Positions 36,001 through 44,284 of a stretch of DNA of 64,000 nt are shown piece after piece. The notes below the pieces were generated by a model, which made no database searches, was not told the origin of the DNA, and was given only the letters and a program-made list of their open reading frames with translations. How positions within the stretch are numbered: the stretch's first letter is position 1; each line of letters opens with the position of its first letter. Both the position numbers and the translations under genes were made by a program. This DNA is from a virus (Duplodnaviria > Caudoviricetes), in the IMG/VR virus record IMGVR_UViG_2740892469_000001, positions 1 through 64,000 of that record, one strand, 5' to 3'.

Positions 36001-36696
36001 CTGCGCTCGTTTGGTGTGCCTATTGAATCACGCAAAAAGCGCATCAACAACCGCAAGGCCGTGAATGCGTACTTTGTTCACTTGCCAGAATGGGAAGCGG
36101 TGAAAACGCTAGTAGCACTACGTACTCAAGGTATTGAAGAGAGCTTGCAAGATTCTGAATCGCTTGATGTGGATACCATCCAACGCCAAGTAGCAGCGTT
36201 TATCAATGACCTAAGCGAGACGGCATTCAAACCAGGTTACAAGGTGCGTTTCGACAAACTGGATGAGCAATGTCGCCTAACGGGCCTAACGGACCTACGC
36301 GACGAAATGGCGGCGGCGTTCGCTCCATTCATACAGGAAATCGACGATCAGATTACGCCAAAATATGATCCACCTTCGCCACTGTTTATTAATAACAATA
36401 CTGCGCAGGGTGGATCACAAAATTATGCCCAAGATACTAGTAACGACGGGCGTCCAGCGCATATAGAGGGGAGGGGGGAATGTCCTTCTATCGAGTTCCC
36501 AGAAACAGCCACCCACGCACTCAGCAAAGATCAGCGCAGCTTGGTGATTGAGGTTGCGAATATCGCGGTCCAACAGCACAAGCTTCGTCCGTTCGATGTA
36601 GCTATGACGATGCTGAGTTATGGTCTAGATAGCTTTATAGGCGACGCAGAGGCTTGGGCAGGCTCGGTTAAACAAGCAATATTGGAGTGTTTATAA
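33067..36696 (+). CDS. repA: Multifunctional replication protein (primase/helicase, N15 RepA-like)
   Basis: N-terminal PriCT-2-like domain, Toprim-like APDND, Walker A DMGTGKST, DEFEQ, SPTLGTGFDI; 1209 aa next to the repressor. Confidence 0.88.
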   Translation: MMANYIQLELYEAEEALSHISPDLPYKRWSKIGRALVSEYGNDARDIFERWSATGNSYDKRGFKSWWKNFQRVKRTSFGSFIYEAMEAGWKPKKKDYSEEERQKLFADYEKRKKAAERRRIQAEQEQWNELKKEEKLFLGWPDNFAPTGYMIKKQMADISRFVDVRLGRDKYNNPCLVWPIYEELFNQGRFCGFERILDNAFQVGERTINKLSSDNARTDLGFCTFGELRDHGPKRVFVVGGFADAYSAHVSTGEVIVTPIGEGNIPFIIELLREKHPDIQFIAAPDNDKAGRDVVQSNNCFWTLPQTDGFDWSDTFINLGWQAVQEQLLNIRGFEKVESNTRYLTASIREGLNLIESDMGTGKSTVVQNYIKQNPDKKTLVISHRVALAKSLKEGLAKEKVSVEFYQDLIIKDPVPGTDANIALRNAHVLVCSVDSLWRLAGSNWDVVFVDEFEQNLSQYYAKTIQHGEHCLNYLQFVLKNSETQILADAHLGNLTFDFCHFIGMHTGVYFQNTFQVAKGKKMYVYESKDHLLEEVMQQIMAKGKRYIYANSKEQVKAIGTAIEQERERKHYDGAVLVVHADVTGTEEVKTALEDINAIVPNLDVLIASPTLGTGFDIKSSAHQFDKTIGFLSSRVGTAEEGHQGLNRARDVKEFHVYLDNAERSEPTDPTYIQDKLIEQVSAETMKVLDIDPTTGNYTSRNPVYEWLFCQVKAKQNLSSNRYRARFLELASKGGYEIIEVAKQKLAADFGATVREEAKERNNRVTLRDIEQAPVHVGDMFTTVMRNGEDYTPTEITKSKVNYDLHLDAANDEQLDCLLPFAKEVYEEFAKDGANAKHNDIDNALTLPESKRNAIITALTYKQNKSRFVDAIKKLGWVNVCKDTAHALDRKDVNHAESRVSWRHLSIKRGHLVKLLQVAGIDEQLNYNGKEWTADDLRPHLYDWLRKKSTQDRLYKYSGITVSEKTLQEPVQWFNNHLRSFGVPIESRKKRINNRKAVNAYFVHLPEWEAVKTLVALRTQGIEESLQDSESLDVDTIQRQVAAFINDLSETAFKPGYKVRFDKLDEQCRLTGLTDLRDEMAAAFAPFIQEIDDQITPKYDPPSPLFINNNTAQGGSQNYAQDTSNDGRPAHIEGRGECPSIEFPETATHALSKDQRSLVIEVANIAVQQHKLRPFDVAMTMLSYGLDSFIGDAEAWAGSVKQAILECL

Positions 36697-37058
36697 TGGC
36701 TTACACATTCAGATACACGGAAGAAAATGGGTATAAAAAGGTCCACATCAGCAAAAAGGATCACAATGCTTTGTTTGTGTACCGCCAAATCAAGTGGAAT
36801 TGTAAGTACGAATATCTGCTTAATGAGGAAACAGGCCACTTTGTGATGCTTCGCCTCGCGTCTTGGCCAGCAAAGGTATTGCTGACAGTTTGTTATCCGT
36901 TAATCGTTCTATTGAATGGCTTAGCGAACATAAAAGAAGTGAACAAAGAAGTTCGGGACCTTTTTTATCCAAAGGAAAACGGCTCTTTTACCGCTGATGA
37001 CTGCTATAGAACCAGCAAAGATTGGGGCGCGATTATGAGTGCCATCAAGGCCAAATAA
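36687..37058 (+). CDS. Hypothetical protein (likely start 36696)
   Basis: TAATG coupling to the repA stop. Confidence 0.65.
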   Translation: MFIMAYTFRYTEENGYKKVHISKKDHNALFVYRQIKWNCKYEYLLNEETGHFVMLRLASWPAKVLLTVCYPLIVLLNGLANIKEVNKEVRDLFYPKENGSFTADDCYRTSKDWGAIMSAIKAK

Positions 37059-37079
37059 AGCGATTGATAGGAGCAAGTT

Positions 37080-37469
37080 ATGACTTGTATTCGACACCGA
37101 TACCATTACGGCAGCATTCTTATCAACGAGCACAAAGCATTGGCTGGCGAGCACGTTACGGGCAACACCATCCCAGCCAAGCGCAAGAACGGCGAGCTGG
37201 CCTACGAACCTTACGGTGGTGTATGCGATCATGCGTTTAAGGGAAAAATGCAAAAGGTTAAGTTGGTAAACATCATCTCGTTCTTTTGGGACGACGATGG
37301 CATGACAGAGGAATACGCCATCCCACTAAATCATGTGGTGCTTGGCTTTTTCATGCAGGGTAAGTATTTCATCGCTATCAAGGACGACAAGCCGATACAT
37401 TGGGAAGAAGAAACCCCACGCACCAACTACCACACCAACAACGTTCATGGCATCCGTGGGCGCAGATAG
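37080..37469 (+). CDS. Hypothetical protein, 129 aa
   Basis: AGGAG RBS; followed by a terminator hairpin. Confidence 0.7.
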   Translation: MTCIRHRYHYGSILINEHKALAGEHVTGNTIPAKRKNGELAYEPYGGVCDHAFKGKMQKVKLVNIISFFWDDDGMTEEYAIPLNHVVLGFFMQGKYFIAIKDDKPIHWEEETPRTNYHTNNVHGIRGRR

Positions 37470-37500
37470 AAAAAAGGCTGGATAATTCCAGCCTTTCTTT
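37469..37500. terminator. Bidirectional terminator
   Basis: AAAAGGCTGGA-TAAT-TCCAGCCTTTC between convergent genes. Confidence 0.65.
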
Positions 37501-37720
37501 ATTTCGCTTCTTCACCCTTATTCGCTGCGATTGCATCCAGCATCTCTTGGTGGCGTTTTTGTTCCAGTTCCTCTTTCTCTCGCTTGCTTATCGACCACGA
37601 GATAATGACCGCCAGTAATGCCGTTCCGACGAACCCAGGCATACCCCAAAGAAAGCTGGCCACGCCAACCACACCAACCATAAACACACCAAGAACAATT
37701 TTTAATAGAGCCATAGCCAA
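37499..37720 (-). CDS. Small two-TM membrane protein
   Basis: Two hydrophobic helices plus charged tail EQKRHQEML; stand-alone unit. Confidence 0.7.
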   Translation of the reverse strand: MAMALLKIVLGVFMVGVVGVASFLWGMPGFVGTALLAVIISWSISKREKEELEQKRHQEMLDAIAANKGEEAK

Positions 37721-37809
37721 ACCTTATTATGTTGCCAATCCAGTAATGGAAGCGGATTATGCAACAATATAGCAAGCGAGGGTATGAACACTTGTGATTA
37801 TACGCACAT

Positions 37810-37836
37810 AAAAAAGCCGCCTAAGTGGCGGCTTTT
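37810..37836 (-). terminator. Terminator of the protelomerase operon
   Basis: AAAAGCCGCC-ACTTA-GGCGGCTTTTTT. Confidence 0.75.
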
Positions 37837-37849
37837 CATAGAGGTCTGT

Positions 37850-38242
37850 TTATTTTTCGTTGTGCTTTTTAAGTGTTGAAACTATTAAGTCATCGCATAC
37901 AAAGTCTGCAACATCTTCAATGTCCTCATTTGAGCCTGTTAGTTTATCGGAACTTTCAGCCAACCAACCTTCAATAACCACCTGTGACACCCACATTTCA
38001 TTGTCACCCCAGACAATATCTCCGACTTTTGCGCCATCAAGATATCCATCATAGTCCGCTGCTTGTTGTTCTATAGTTTCCTGATCTAGCTCTGCAAAAT
38101 CATTAATACGAGTACATTTTTCTTTTGCAAGGAGTTCTATGGCTTCATTCATTGACTTGAAACGTAGGTTATTGAAATACGTTGATTCATTAACCAAGTT
38201 TTCAATGGCTTGTCGTACTTCCTGTAATGTAACTTCGATCAT
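37850..38242 (-). CDS. Acidic hypothetical protein co-transcribed with protelomerase
   Basis: 1-nt gap after the telN stop, GGGGAG RBS; 29 of 130 residues are D/E. Confidence 0.7.
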   Translation of the reverse strand: MIEVTLQEVRQAIENLVNESTYFNNLRFKSMNEAIELLAKEKCTRINDFAELDQETIEQQAADYDGYLDGAKVGDIVWGDNEMWVSQVVIEGWLAESSDKLTGSNEDIEDVADFVCDDLIVSTLKKHNEK

Positions 38243-38243
38243 A

Positions 38244-40331
38244 TCACTCCCCTTTTATCTTTCTGTACTGTTCTTTGTACATCGCAATACTGGCGGCTTT
38301 TGCGTCCTGCTTTCTAGGGTTCCAGCATTCACAGCTTACATTGTTGTTAATCAGAATATACGAGCGCCACATGTCGCCCTCTTTCTTCAGTACGGGCTCT
38401 GGCGGTGTCTCTGGCAGGTTTTTGATTAACTCGATGTGCTGCCATGCCTTTTTGAATGCTTCCATCATATTGGCCGCTTCGACATCGTTCACTTGTTTAT
38501 GTTCATCACCAATAGTGACATCCACCAGCCAGGTACCATCGTCGTTTTTATGCGCCTTGAATTTTGGCTGAACAGGCTCGCTGCTTTGCTCGGTAGACTT
38601 CTCCATTTCCGGTTCCGGTCTGGCTTTTTCTGCAGGCTTATCCTCGGCTTTTGGCTTGGAATATTCTTCAGCTTTTCGTTCCATGATCGCGTCAAGAGAA
38701 TGGTCAATTTTCAGCGCATCTTCTACCACCTCAAGATACTGCTTCACCATGGTGTAGTTGCGAGTTTTACCACTATCATCCTTGCGAATATCAATCGGCT
38801 TAATGGTGCGCCAAGGGTCTTTTTCTAGCATCTCTATGACGGCCTTGTGCAGGCTAGAACGACTCTCTCTTGCCGCTATCCACTCATTCTCGCCCATTGC
38901 TTTCATGGCGCTGATGCGTCGCTCTGGTGAGTCGTCCACTATCGGTTCCCACTTCGCGCCAGCGTTATGGATTTTGAATTGCATGTAGTGGTTTTGGGCA
39001 TCGGTATCGTGGTGGCCAAGCAGCTCCTGGTAAAACATGTTTTCGTCTTTTTTCGCCCAGCGCTTGTCGTCTTTGAAGAATAACTCAAAGCAAGTTTTGG
39101 CATACATAGCGCGAGTATCTTTGAATACCCAATCGCGACGATGGCCCTCAAGCGTGATCGGGAATCGGTCAATCAGGTCACGCATGAACTTGTTAAGCGG
39201 TCCAGCGGTTCGGTTGCTGACTAACTCGTTTACGCTGTAATGTCGTTCCGCTTTTAAGCCGGCTAATGAAGCGATGTTTGCGAACGAGCGCAATCTCGAT
39301 AGCGCCTTTAGGACCACATTGGCATCCGCCAGTGAGTAGATTTCCATTTCATCGCCAGTAACACCACCGCGCTTCTTCGCTTGGCCAGTGAATTTTAAGC
39401 GGTTGTTGTCTATCTTTTCGAACTCACCTTGGAACAGCACTTCAATCGAACGACGACCCGTGGCCATGGCAACACCAACGGCAAGCGCTTCCCATTGGTG
39501 GGCAGAAGAATCACTGAGCAGTAAGGACATGAGCTGCATTTGCTTGCTGTAGTCGATGTTGACCACGCCCTCTTTCTTAAAAATCAGGTTGGCCTTGCTC
39601 TCGGCTTGTTTGTTGTCGGTCGAGAACGAGTCTTTCGTTAGGTGGCGCATGACCTCATGGTCAATCTTGAGTTTATCCAACGCAGGATAAAACTCGCGAG
39701 TCTCATCAAAGATGGCTTGCAGGCGCTCAATGGCATCGGCTCGGTCCTCTTTCTTCAGCGTTTTCAAGGACTCGATTTCATGCGACCAGGCAGGAAAATC
39801 TTTCGCCATTTTGTTCACTACCGTGGCGTAATTGCTGATGTCAGGAGATAGCTTTCTAAGTTGCTTTTCAACTCGTACTACGTGAGTGATTTTTTCGCGT
39901 AGCTTGCTCCAGCGTTCGCGCGTTTCTTTCAATGGAAATCCGTCGATTTCATCCACTAAATAGCTGCAGTGAGGAAAGTTATTGCGCAGGGAAGAGATAG
40001 ACTTATCAAAGCTATGATGCATCGCGCCAGTGGCCGAGACAGCGTTACGAACCTTGGTAAGCGCTTTTGATGCACCATCCAGCGACAAAGAGTTACCGCT
40101 TTTTTGCTTGCGCTTACCATACAAAGCAGTGATCACTTTCTTAGCTGCGCGATTGTAAGCCATCGTTTTGGCACTTTGTGTGCGGTCGCTGGTTTGAATT
40201 TCGCCAAGCTCATCCAAAAGGTCGATAATAATCTTATCCAGATTCGTCTTTCGATTGCGCTTCTCAATGGCCTTGTTATCAATGTAACTCTTGGAACTTA
40301 TAACTATCTCTTGCCTGCTCATCTTCATCAC
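38244..40331 (-). CDS. telN: Protelomerase (telomere resolvase)
   Basis: ATGRRSIEV, FTGQAKKR, FKDTRAMY and LLGH...HYMQF catalytic motifs; adjacent to the palindrome centre. Confidence 0.95.
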   Translation of the reverse strand: MMKMSRQEIVISSKSYIDNKAIEKRNRKTNLDKIIIDLLDELGEIQTSDRTQSAKTMAYNRAAKKVITALYGKRKQKSGNSLSLDGASKALTKVRNAVSATGAMHHSFDKSISSLRNNFPHCSYLVDEIDGFPLKETRERWSKLREKITHVVRVEKQLRKLSPDISNYATVVNKMAKDFPAWSHEIESLKTLKKEDRADAIERLQAIFDETREFYPALDKLKIDHEVMRHLTKDSFSTDNKQAESKANLIFKKEGVVNIDYSKQMQLMSLLLSDSSAHQWEALAVGVAMATGRRSIEVLFQGEFEKIDNNRLKFTGQAKKRGGVTGDEMEIYSLADANVVLKALSRLRSFANIASLAGLKAERHYSVNELVSNRTAGPLNKFMRDLIDRFPITLEGHRRDWVFKDTRAMYAKTCFELFFKDDKRWAKKDENMFYQELLGHHDTDAQNHYMQFKIHNAGAKWEPIVDDSPERRISAMKAMGENEWIAARESRSSLHKAVIEMLEKDPWRTIKPIDIRKDDSGKTRNYTMVKQYLEVVEDALKIDHSLDAIMERKAEEYSKPKAEDKPAEKARPEPEMEKSTEQSSEPVQPKFKAHKNDDGTWLVDVTIGDEHKQVNDVEAANMMEAFKKAWQHIELIKNLPETPPEPVLKKEGDMWRSYILINNNVSCECWNPRKQDAKAASIAMYKEQYRKIKGE

Positions 40332-40356
40332 CTATCAATAGTAACAATGTTACTTA

Positions 40357-40385
40357 AATATAAATGTTACACAAAACATTGTCAA
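40357..40385 (-). promoter_or_regulatory. Sigma70-like promoter of telN
   Basis: TTGACA-17 nt-TATATT (mirror copy at 40586-40614, + strand). Confidence 0.65.
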
Positions 40386-40470
40386 ACGTTACAACAAAAT
40401 AAATATCATTATAACGTTACACTTCGCTAAATGTGAGTGCGATATATTTATTTGACTGTAACGTTACTCA

Positions 40471-40500
40471 CCACTAAGTATTTACGTAAATACTTAGTGG
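40471..40500. other. Hairpin telomere / protelomerase target centre
   Basis: CCACTAAGTATTTAC|GTAAATACTTAGTGG, symmetry axis of the giant inverted repeat, about 155 bp from the telN start. Confidence 0.9.
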
Positions 40501-40639
40501 TGAGTAACGTTACAGTCAAATAAATATATCGCACTCACATTTAGCGAAGTGTAACGTTATAATGATATTTATTTTGTTGTAACGTTTGACAATGTTTTGT
40601 GTAACATTTATATTTAAGTAACATTGTTACTATTGATAG

Positions 40640-42727
40640 GTGATGAAGATGAGCAGGCAAGAGATAGTTATAAGTTCCAAGAGTTACATTGATAACAAGG
40701 CCATTGAGAAGCGCAATCGAAAGACGAATCTGGATAAGATTATTATCGACCTTTTGGATGAGCTTGGCGAAATTCAAACCAGCGACCGCACACAAAGTGC
40801 CAAAACGATGGCTTACAATCGCGCAGCTAAGAAAGTGATCACTGCTTTGTATGGTAAGCGCAAGCAAAAAAGCGGTAACTCTTTGTCGCTGGATGGTGCA
40901 TCAAAAGCGCTTACCAAGGTTCGTAACGCTGTCTCGGCCACTGGCGCGATGCATCATAGCTTTGATAAGTCTATCTCTTCCCTGCGCAATAACTTTCCTC
41001 ACTGCAGCTATTTAGTGGATGAAATCGACGGATTTCCATTGAAAGAAACGCGCGAACGCTGGAGCAAGCTACGCGAAAAAATCACTCACGTAGTACGAGT
41101 TGAAAAGCAACTTAGAAAGCTATCTCCTGACATCAGCAATTACGCCACGGTAGTGAACAAAATGGCGAAAGATTTTCCTGCCTGGTCGCATGAAATCGAG
41201 TCCTTGAAAACGCTGAAGAAAGAGGACCGAGCCGATGCCATTGAGCGCCTGCAAGCCATCTTTGATGAGACTCGCGAGTTTTATCCTGCGTTGGATAAAC
41301 TCAAGATTGACCATGAGGTCATGCGCCACCTAACGAAAGACTCGTTCTCGACCGACAACAAACAAGCCGAGAGCAAGGCCAACCTGATTTTTAAGAAAGA
41401 GGGCGTGGTCAACATCGACTACAGCAAGCAAATGCAGCTCATGTCCTTACTGCTCAGTGATTCTTCTGCCCACCAATGGGAAGCGCTTGCCGTTGGTGTT
41501 GCCATGGCCACGGGTCGTCGTTCGATTGAAGTGCTGTTCCAAGGTGAGTTCGAAAAGATAGACAACAACCGCTTAAAATTCACTGGCCAAGCGAAGAAGC
41601 GCGGTGGTGTTACTGGCGATGAAATGGAAATCTACTCACTGGCGGATGCCAATGTGGTCCTAAAGGCGCTATCGAGATTGCGCTCGTTCGCAAACATCGC
41701 TTCATTAGCCGGCTTAAAAGCGGAACGACATTACAGCGTAAACGAGTTAGTCAGCAACCGAACCGCTGGACCGCTTAACAAGTTCATGCGTGACCTGATT
41801 GACCGATTCCCGATCACGCTTGAGGGCCATCGTCGCGATTGGGTATTCAAAGATACTCGCGCTATGTATGCCAAAACTTGCTTTGAGTTATTCTTCAAAG
41901 ACGACAAGCGCTGGGCGAAAAAAGACGAAAACATGTTTTACCAGGAGCTGCTTGGCCACCACGATACCGATGCCCAAAACCACTACATGCAATTCAAAAT
42001 CCATAACGCTGGCGCGAAGTGGGAACCGATAGTGGACGACTCACCAGAGCGACGCATCAGCGCCATGAAAGCAATGGGCGAGAATGAGTGGATAGCGGCA
42101 AGAGAGAGTCGTTCTAGCCTGCACAAGGCCGTCATAGAGATGCTAGAAAAAGACCCTTGGCGCACCATTAAGCCGATTGATATTCGCAAGGATGATAGTG
42201 GTAAAACTCGCAACTACACCATGGTGAAGCAGTATCTTGAGGTGGTAGAAGATGCGCTGAAAATTGACCATTCTCTTGACGCGATCATGGAACGAAAAGC
42301 TGAAGAATATTCCAAGCCAAAAGCCGAGGATAAGCCTGCAGAAAAAGCCAGACCGGAACCGGAAATGGAGAAGTCTACCGAGCAAAGCAGCGAGCCTGTT
42401 CAGCCAAAATTCAAGGCGCATAAAAACGACGATGGTACCTGGCTGGTGGATGTCACTATTGGTGATGAACATAAACAAGTGAACGATGTCGAAGCGGCCA
42501 ATATGATGGAAGCATTCAAAAAGGCATGGCAGCACATCGAGTTAATCAAAAACCTGCCAGAGACACCGCCAGAGCCCGTACTGAAGAAAGAGGGCGACAT
42601 GTGGCGCTCGTATATTCTGATTAACAACAATGTAAGCTGTGAATGCTGGAACCCTAGAAAGCAGGACGCAAAAGCCGCCAGTATTGCGATGTACAAAGAA
42701 CAGTACAGAAAGATAAAAGGGGAGTGA
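40640..42727 (+). CDS. telN: Protelomerase (mirror copy)
   Basis: Same translation as 38244-40331. Confidence 0.95.
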   Translation: MMKMSRQEIVISSKSYIDNKAIEKRNRKTNLDKIIIDLLDELGEIQTSDRTQSAKTMAYNRAAKKVITALYGKRKQKSGNSLSLDGASKALTKVRNAVSATGAMHHSFDKSISSLRNNFPHCSYLVDEIDGFPLKETRERWSKLREKITHVVRVEKQLRKLSPDISNYATVVNKMAKDFPAWSHEIESLKTLKKEDRADAIERLQAIFDETREFYPALDKLKIDHEVMRHLTKDSFSTDNKQAESKANLIFKKEGVVNIDYSKQMQLMSLLLSDSSAHQWEALAVGVAMATGRRSIEVLFQGEFEKIDNNRLKFTGQAKKRGGVTGDEMEIYSLADANVVLKALSRLRSFANIASLAGLKAERHYSVNELVSNRTAGPLNKFMRDLIDRFPITLEGHRRDWVFKDTRAMYAKTCFELFFKDDKRWAKKDENMFYQELLGHHDTDAQNHYMQFKIHNAGAKWEPIVDDSPERRISAMKAMGENEWIAARESRSSLHKAVIEMLEKDPWRTIKPIDIRKDDSGKTRNYTMVKQYLEVVEDALKIDHSLDAIMERKAEEYSKPKAEDKPAEKARPEPEMEKSTEQSSEPVQPKFKAHKNDDGTWLVDVTIGDEHKQVNDVEAANMMEAFKKAWQHIELIKNLPETPPEPVLKKEGDMWRSYILINNNVSCECWNPRKQDAKAASIAMYKEQYRKIKGE

Positions 42728-42728
42728 T

Positions 42729-43121
42729 ATGATCGAAGTTACATTACAGGAAGTACGACAAGCCATTGAAAACTTGGTTAATGAATCAACGTATTTCAAT
42801 AACCTACGTTTCAAGTCAATGAATGAAGCCATAGAACTCCTTGCAAAAGAAAAATGTACTCGTATTAATGATTTTGCAGAGCTAGATCAGGAAACTATAG
42901 AACAACAAGCAGCGGACTATGATGGATATCTTGATGGCGCAAAAGTCGGAGATATTGTCTGGGGTGACAATGAAATGTGGGTGTCACAGGTGGTTATTGA
43001 AGGTTGGTTGGCTGAAAGTTCCGATAAACTAACAGGCTCAAATGAGGACATTGAAGATGTTGCAGACTTTGTATGCGATGACTTAATAGTTTCAACACTT
43101 AAAAAGCACAACGAAAAATAA
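42729..43121 (+). CDS. Acidic hypothetical protein (mirror)
   Basis: Mirror of 37850-38242. Confidence 0.7.
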   Translation: MIEVTLQEVRQAIENLVNESTYFNNLRFKSMNEAIELLAKEKCTRINDFAELDQETIEQQAADYDGYLDGAKVGDIVWGDNEMWVSQVVIEGWLAESSDKLTGSNEDIEDVADFVCDDLIVSTLKKHNEK

Positions 43122-43250
43122 ACAGACCTCTATGAAAAGCCGCCACTTAGGCGGCTTTTTTATGTGCGTATAATCACAAGTGTTCATACCCTCGCTTGCT
43201 ATATTGTTGCATAATCCGCTTCCATTACTGGATTGGCAACATAATAAGGT

Positions 43251-43472
43251 TTGGCTATGGCTCTATTAAAAATTGTTCTTGGTGTGTTTATGGTTGGTGT
43301 GGTTGGCGTGGCCAGCTTTCTTTGGGGTATGCCTGGGTTCGTCGGAACGGCATTACTGGCGGTCATTATCTCGTGGTCGATAAGCAAGCGAGAGAAAGAG
43401 GAACTGGAACAAAAACGCCACCAAGAGATGCTGGATGCAATCGCAGCGAATAAGGGTGAAGAAGCGAAATAA
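43251..43472 (+). CDS. Small two-TM protein (mirror)
   Basis: Mirror of 37499-37720. Confidence 0.7.
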   Translation: MAMALLKIVLGVFMVGVVGVASFLWGMPGFVGTALLAVIISWSISKREKEELEQKRHQEMLDAIAANKGEEAK

Positions 43473-43501
43473 AGAAAGGCTGGAATTATCCAGCCTTTTT
43501 T

Positions 43502-43891
43502 CTATCTGCGCCCACGGATGCCATGAACGTTGTTGGTGTGGTAGTTGGTGCGTGGGGTTTCTTCTTCCCAATGTATCGGCTTGTCGTCCTTGATAGCGAT
43601 GAAATACTTACCCTGCATGAAAAAGCCAAGCACCACATGATTTAGTGGGATGGCGTATTCCTCTGTCATGCCATCGTCGTCCCAAAAGAACGAGATGATG
43701 TTTACCAACTTAACCTTTTGCATTTTTCCCTTAAACGCATGATCGCATACACCACCGTAAGGTTCGTAGGCCAGCTCGCCGTTCTTGCGCTTGGCTGGGA
43801 TGGTGTTGCCCGTAACGTGCTCGCCAGCCAATGCTTTGTGCTCGTTGATAAGAATGCTGCCGTAATGGTATCGGTGTCGAATACAAGTCAT
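43502..43891 (-). CDS. Hypothetical protein (mirror)
   Basis: Mirror of 37080-37469. Confidence 0.7.
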   Translation of the reverse strand: MTCIRHRYHYGSILINEHKALAGEHVTGNTIPAKRKNGELAYEPYGGVCDHAFKGKMQKVKLVNIISFFWDDDGMTEEYAIPLNHVVLGFFMQGKYFIAIKDDKPIHWEEETPRTNYHTNNVHGIRGRR

Positions 43892-43912
43892 AACTTGCTC
43901 CTATCAATCGCT

Positions 43913-44284
43913 TTATTTGGCCTTGATGGCACTCATAATCGCGCCCCAATCTTTGCTGGTTCTATAGCAGTCATCAGCGGTAAAAGAGCCGTTTTCCTTT
44001 GGATAAAAAAGGTCCCGAACTTCTTTGTTCACTTCTTTTATGTTCGCTAAGCCATTCAATAGAACGATTAACGGATAACAAACTGTCAGCAATACCTTTG
44101 CTGGCCAAGACGCGAGGCGAAGCATCACAAAGTGGCCTGTTTCCTCATTAAGCAGATATTCGTACTTACAATTCCACTTGATTTGGCGGTACACAAACAA
44201 AGCATTGTGATCCTTTTTGCTGATGTGGACCTTTTTATACCCATTTTCTTCCGTGTATCTGAATGTGTAAGCCATTATAAACAC
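43913..44284 (-). CDS. Hypothetical protein (mirror)
   Basis: Mirror of 36687-37058. Confidence 0.65.
   Translation of the reverse strand: MFIMAYTFRYTEENGYKKVHISKKDHNALFVYRQIKWNCKYEYLLNEETGHFVMLRLASWPAKVLLTVCYPLIVLLNGLANIKEVNKEVRDLFYPKENGSFTADDCYRTSKDWGAIMSAIKAK

Noticed and set aside
36468-36475. KOPS-like GGGGAGGG near the candidate origin
   Set aside because: Several matches to GGGNAGGG are expected by chance in 40 kb on two strands; no skew was established
37080-37469. Possible SRAP (SOS-associated peptidase)-like identity
   Set aside because: The N-terminus is MTC rather than MCGR and the similarity is too weak to support by eye
38244-40331. Tyrosine integrase call
   Set aside because: TGRR..EV, GQAKKR, DTRAMY and LGH..HY motifs plus the adjacent palindrome fit protelomerase; no att sites seen
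1-40485. Absence of parA/parB as evidence of a new partition mechanism
   Set aside because: The genome continues left of position 1, where N15-like phages place sopAB near the other telomere
40341-40630. CRISPR array or LexA box in the telomeric repeats
   Set aside because: Repeats are 9-13 bp with irregular spacing and no cas genes; CTGTAACGTTACTCAC lacks the CAG half-site
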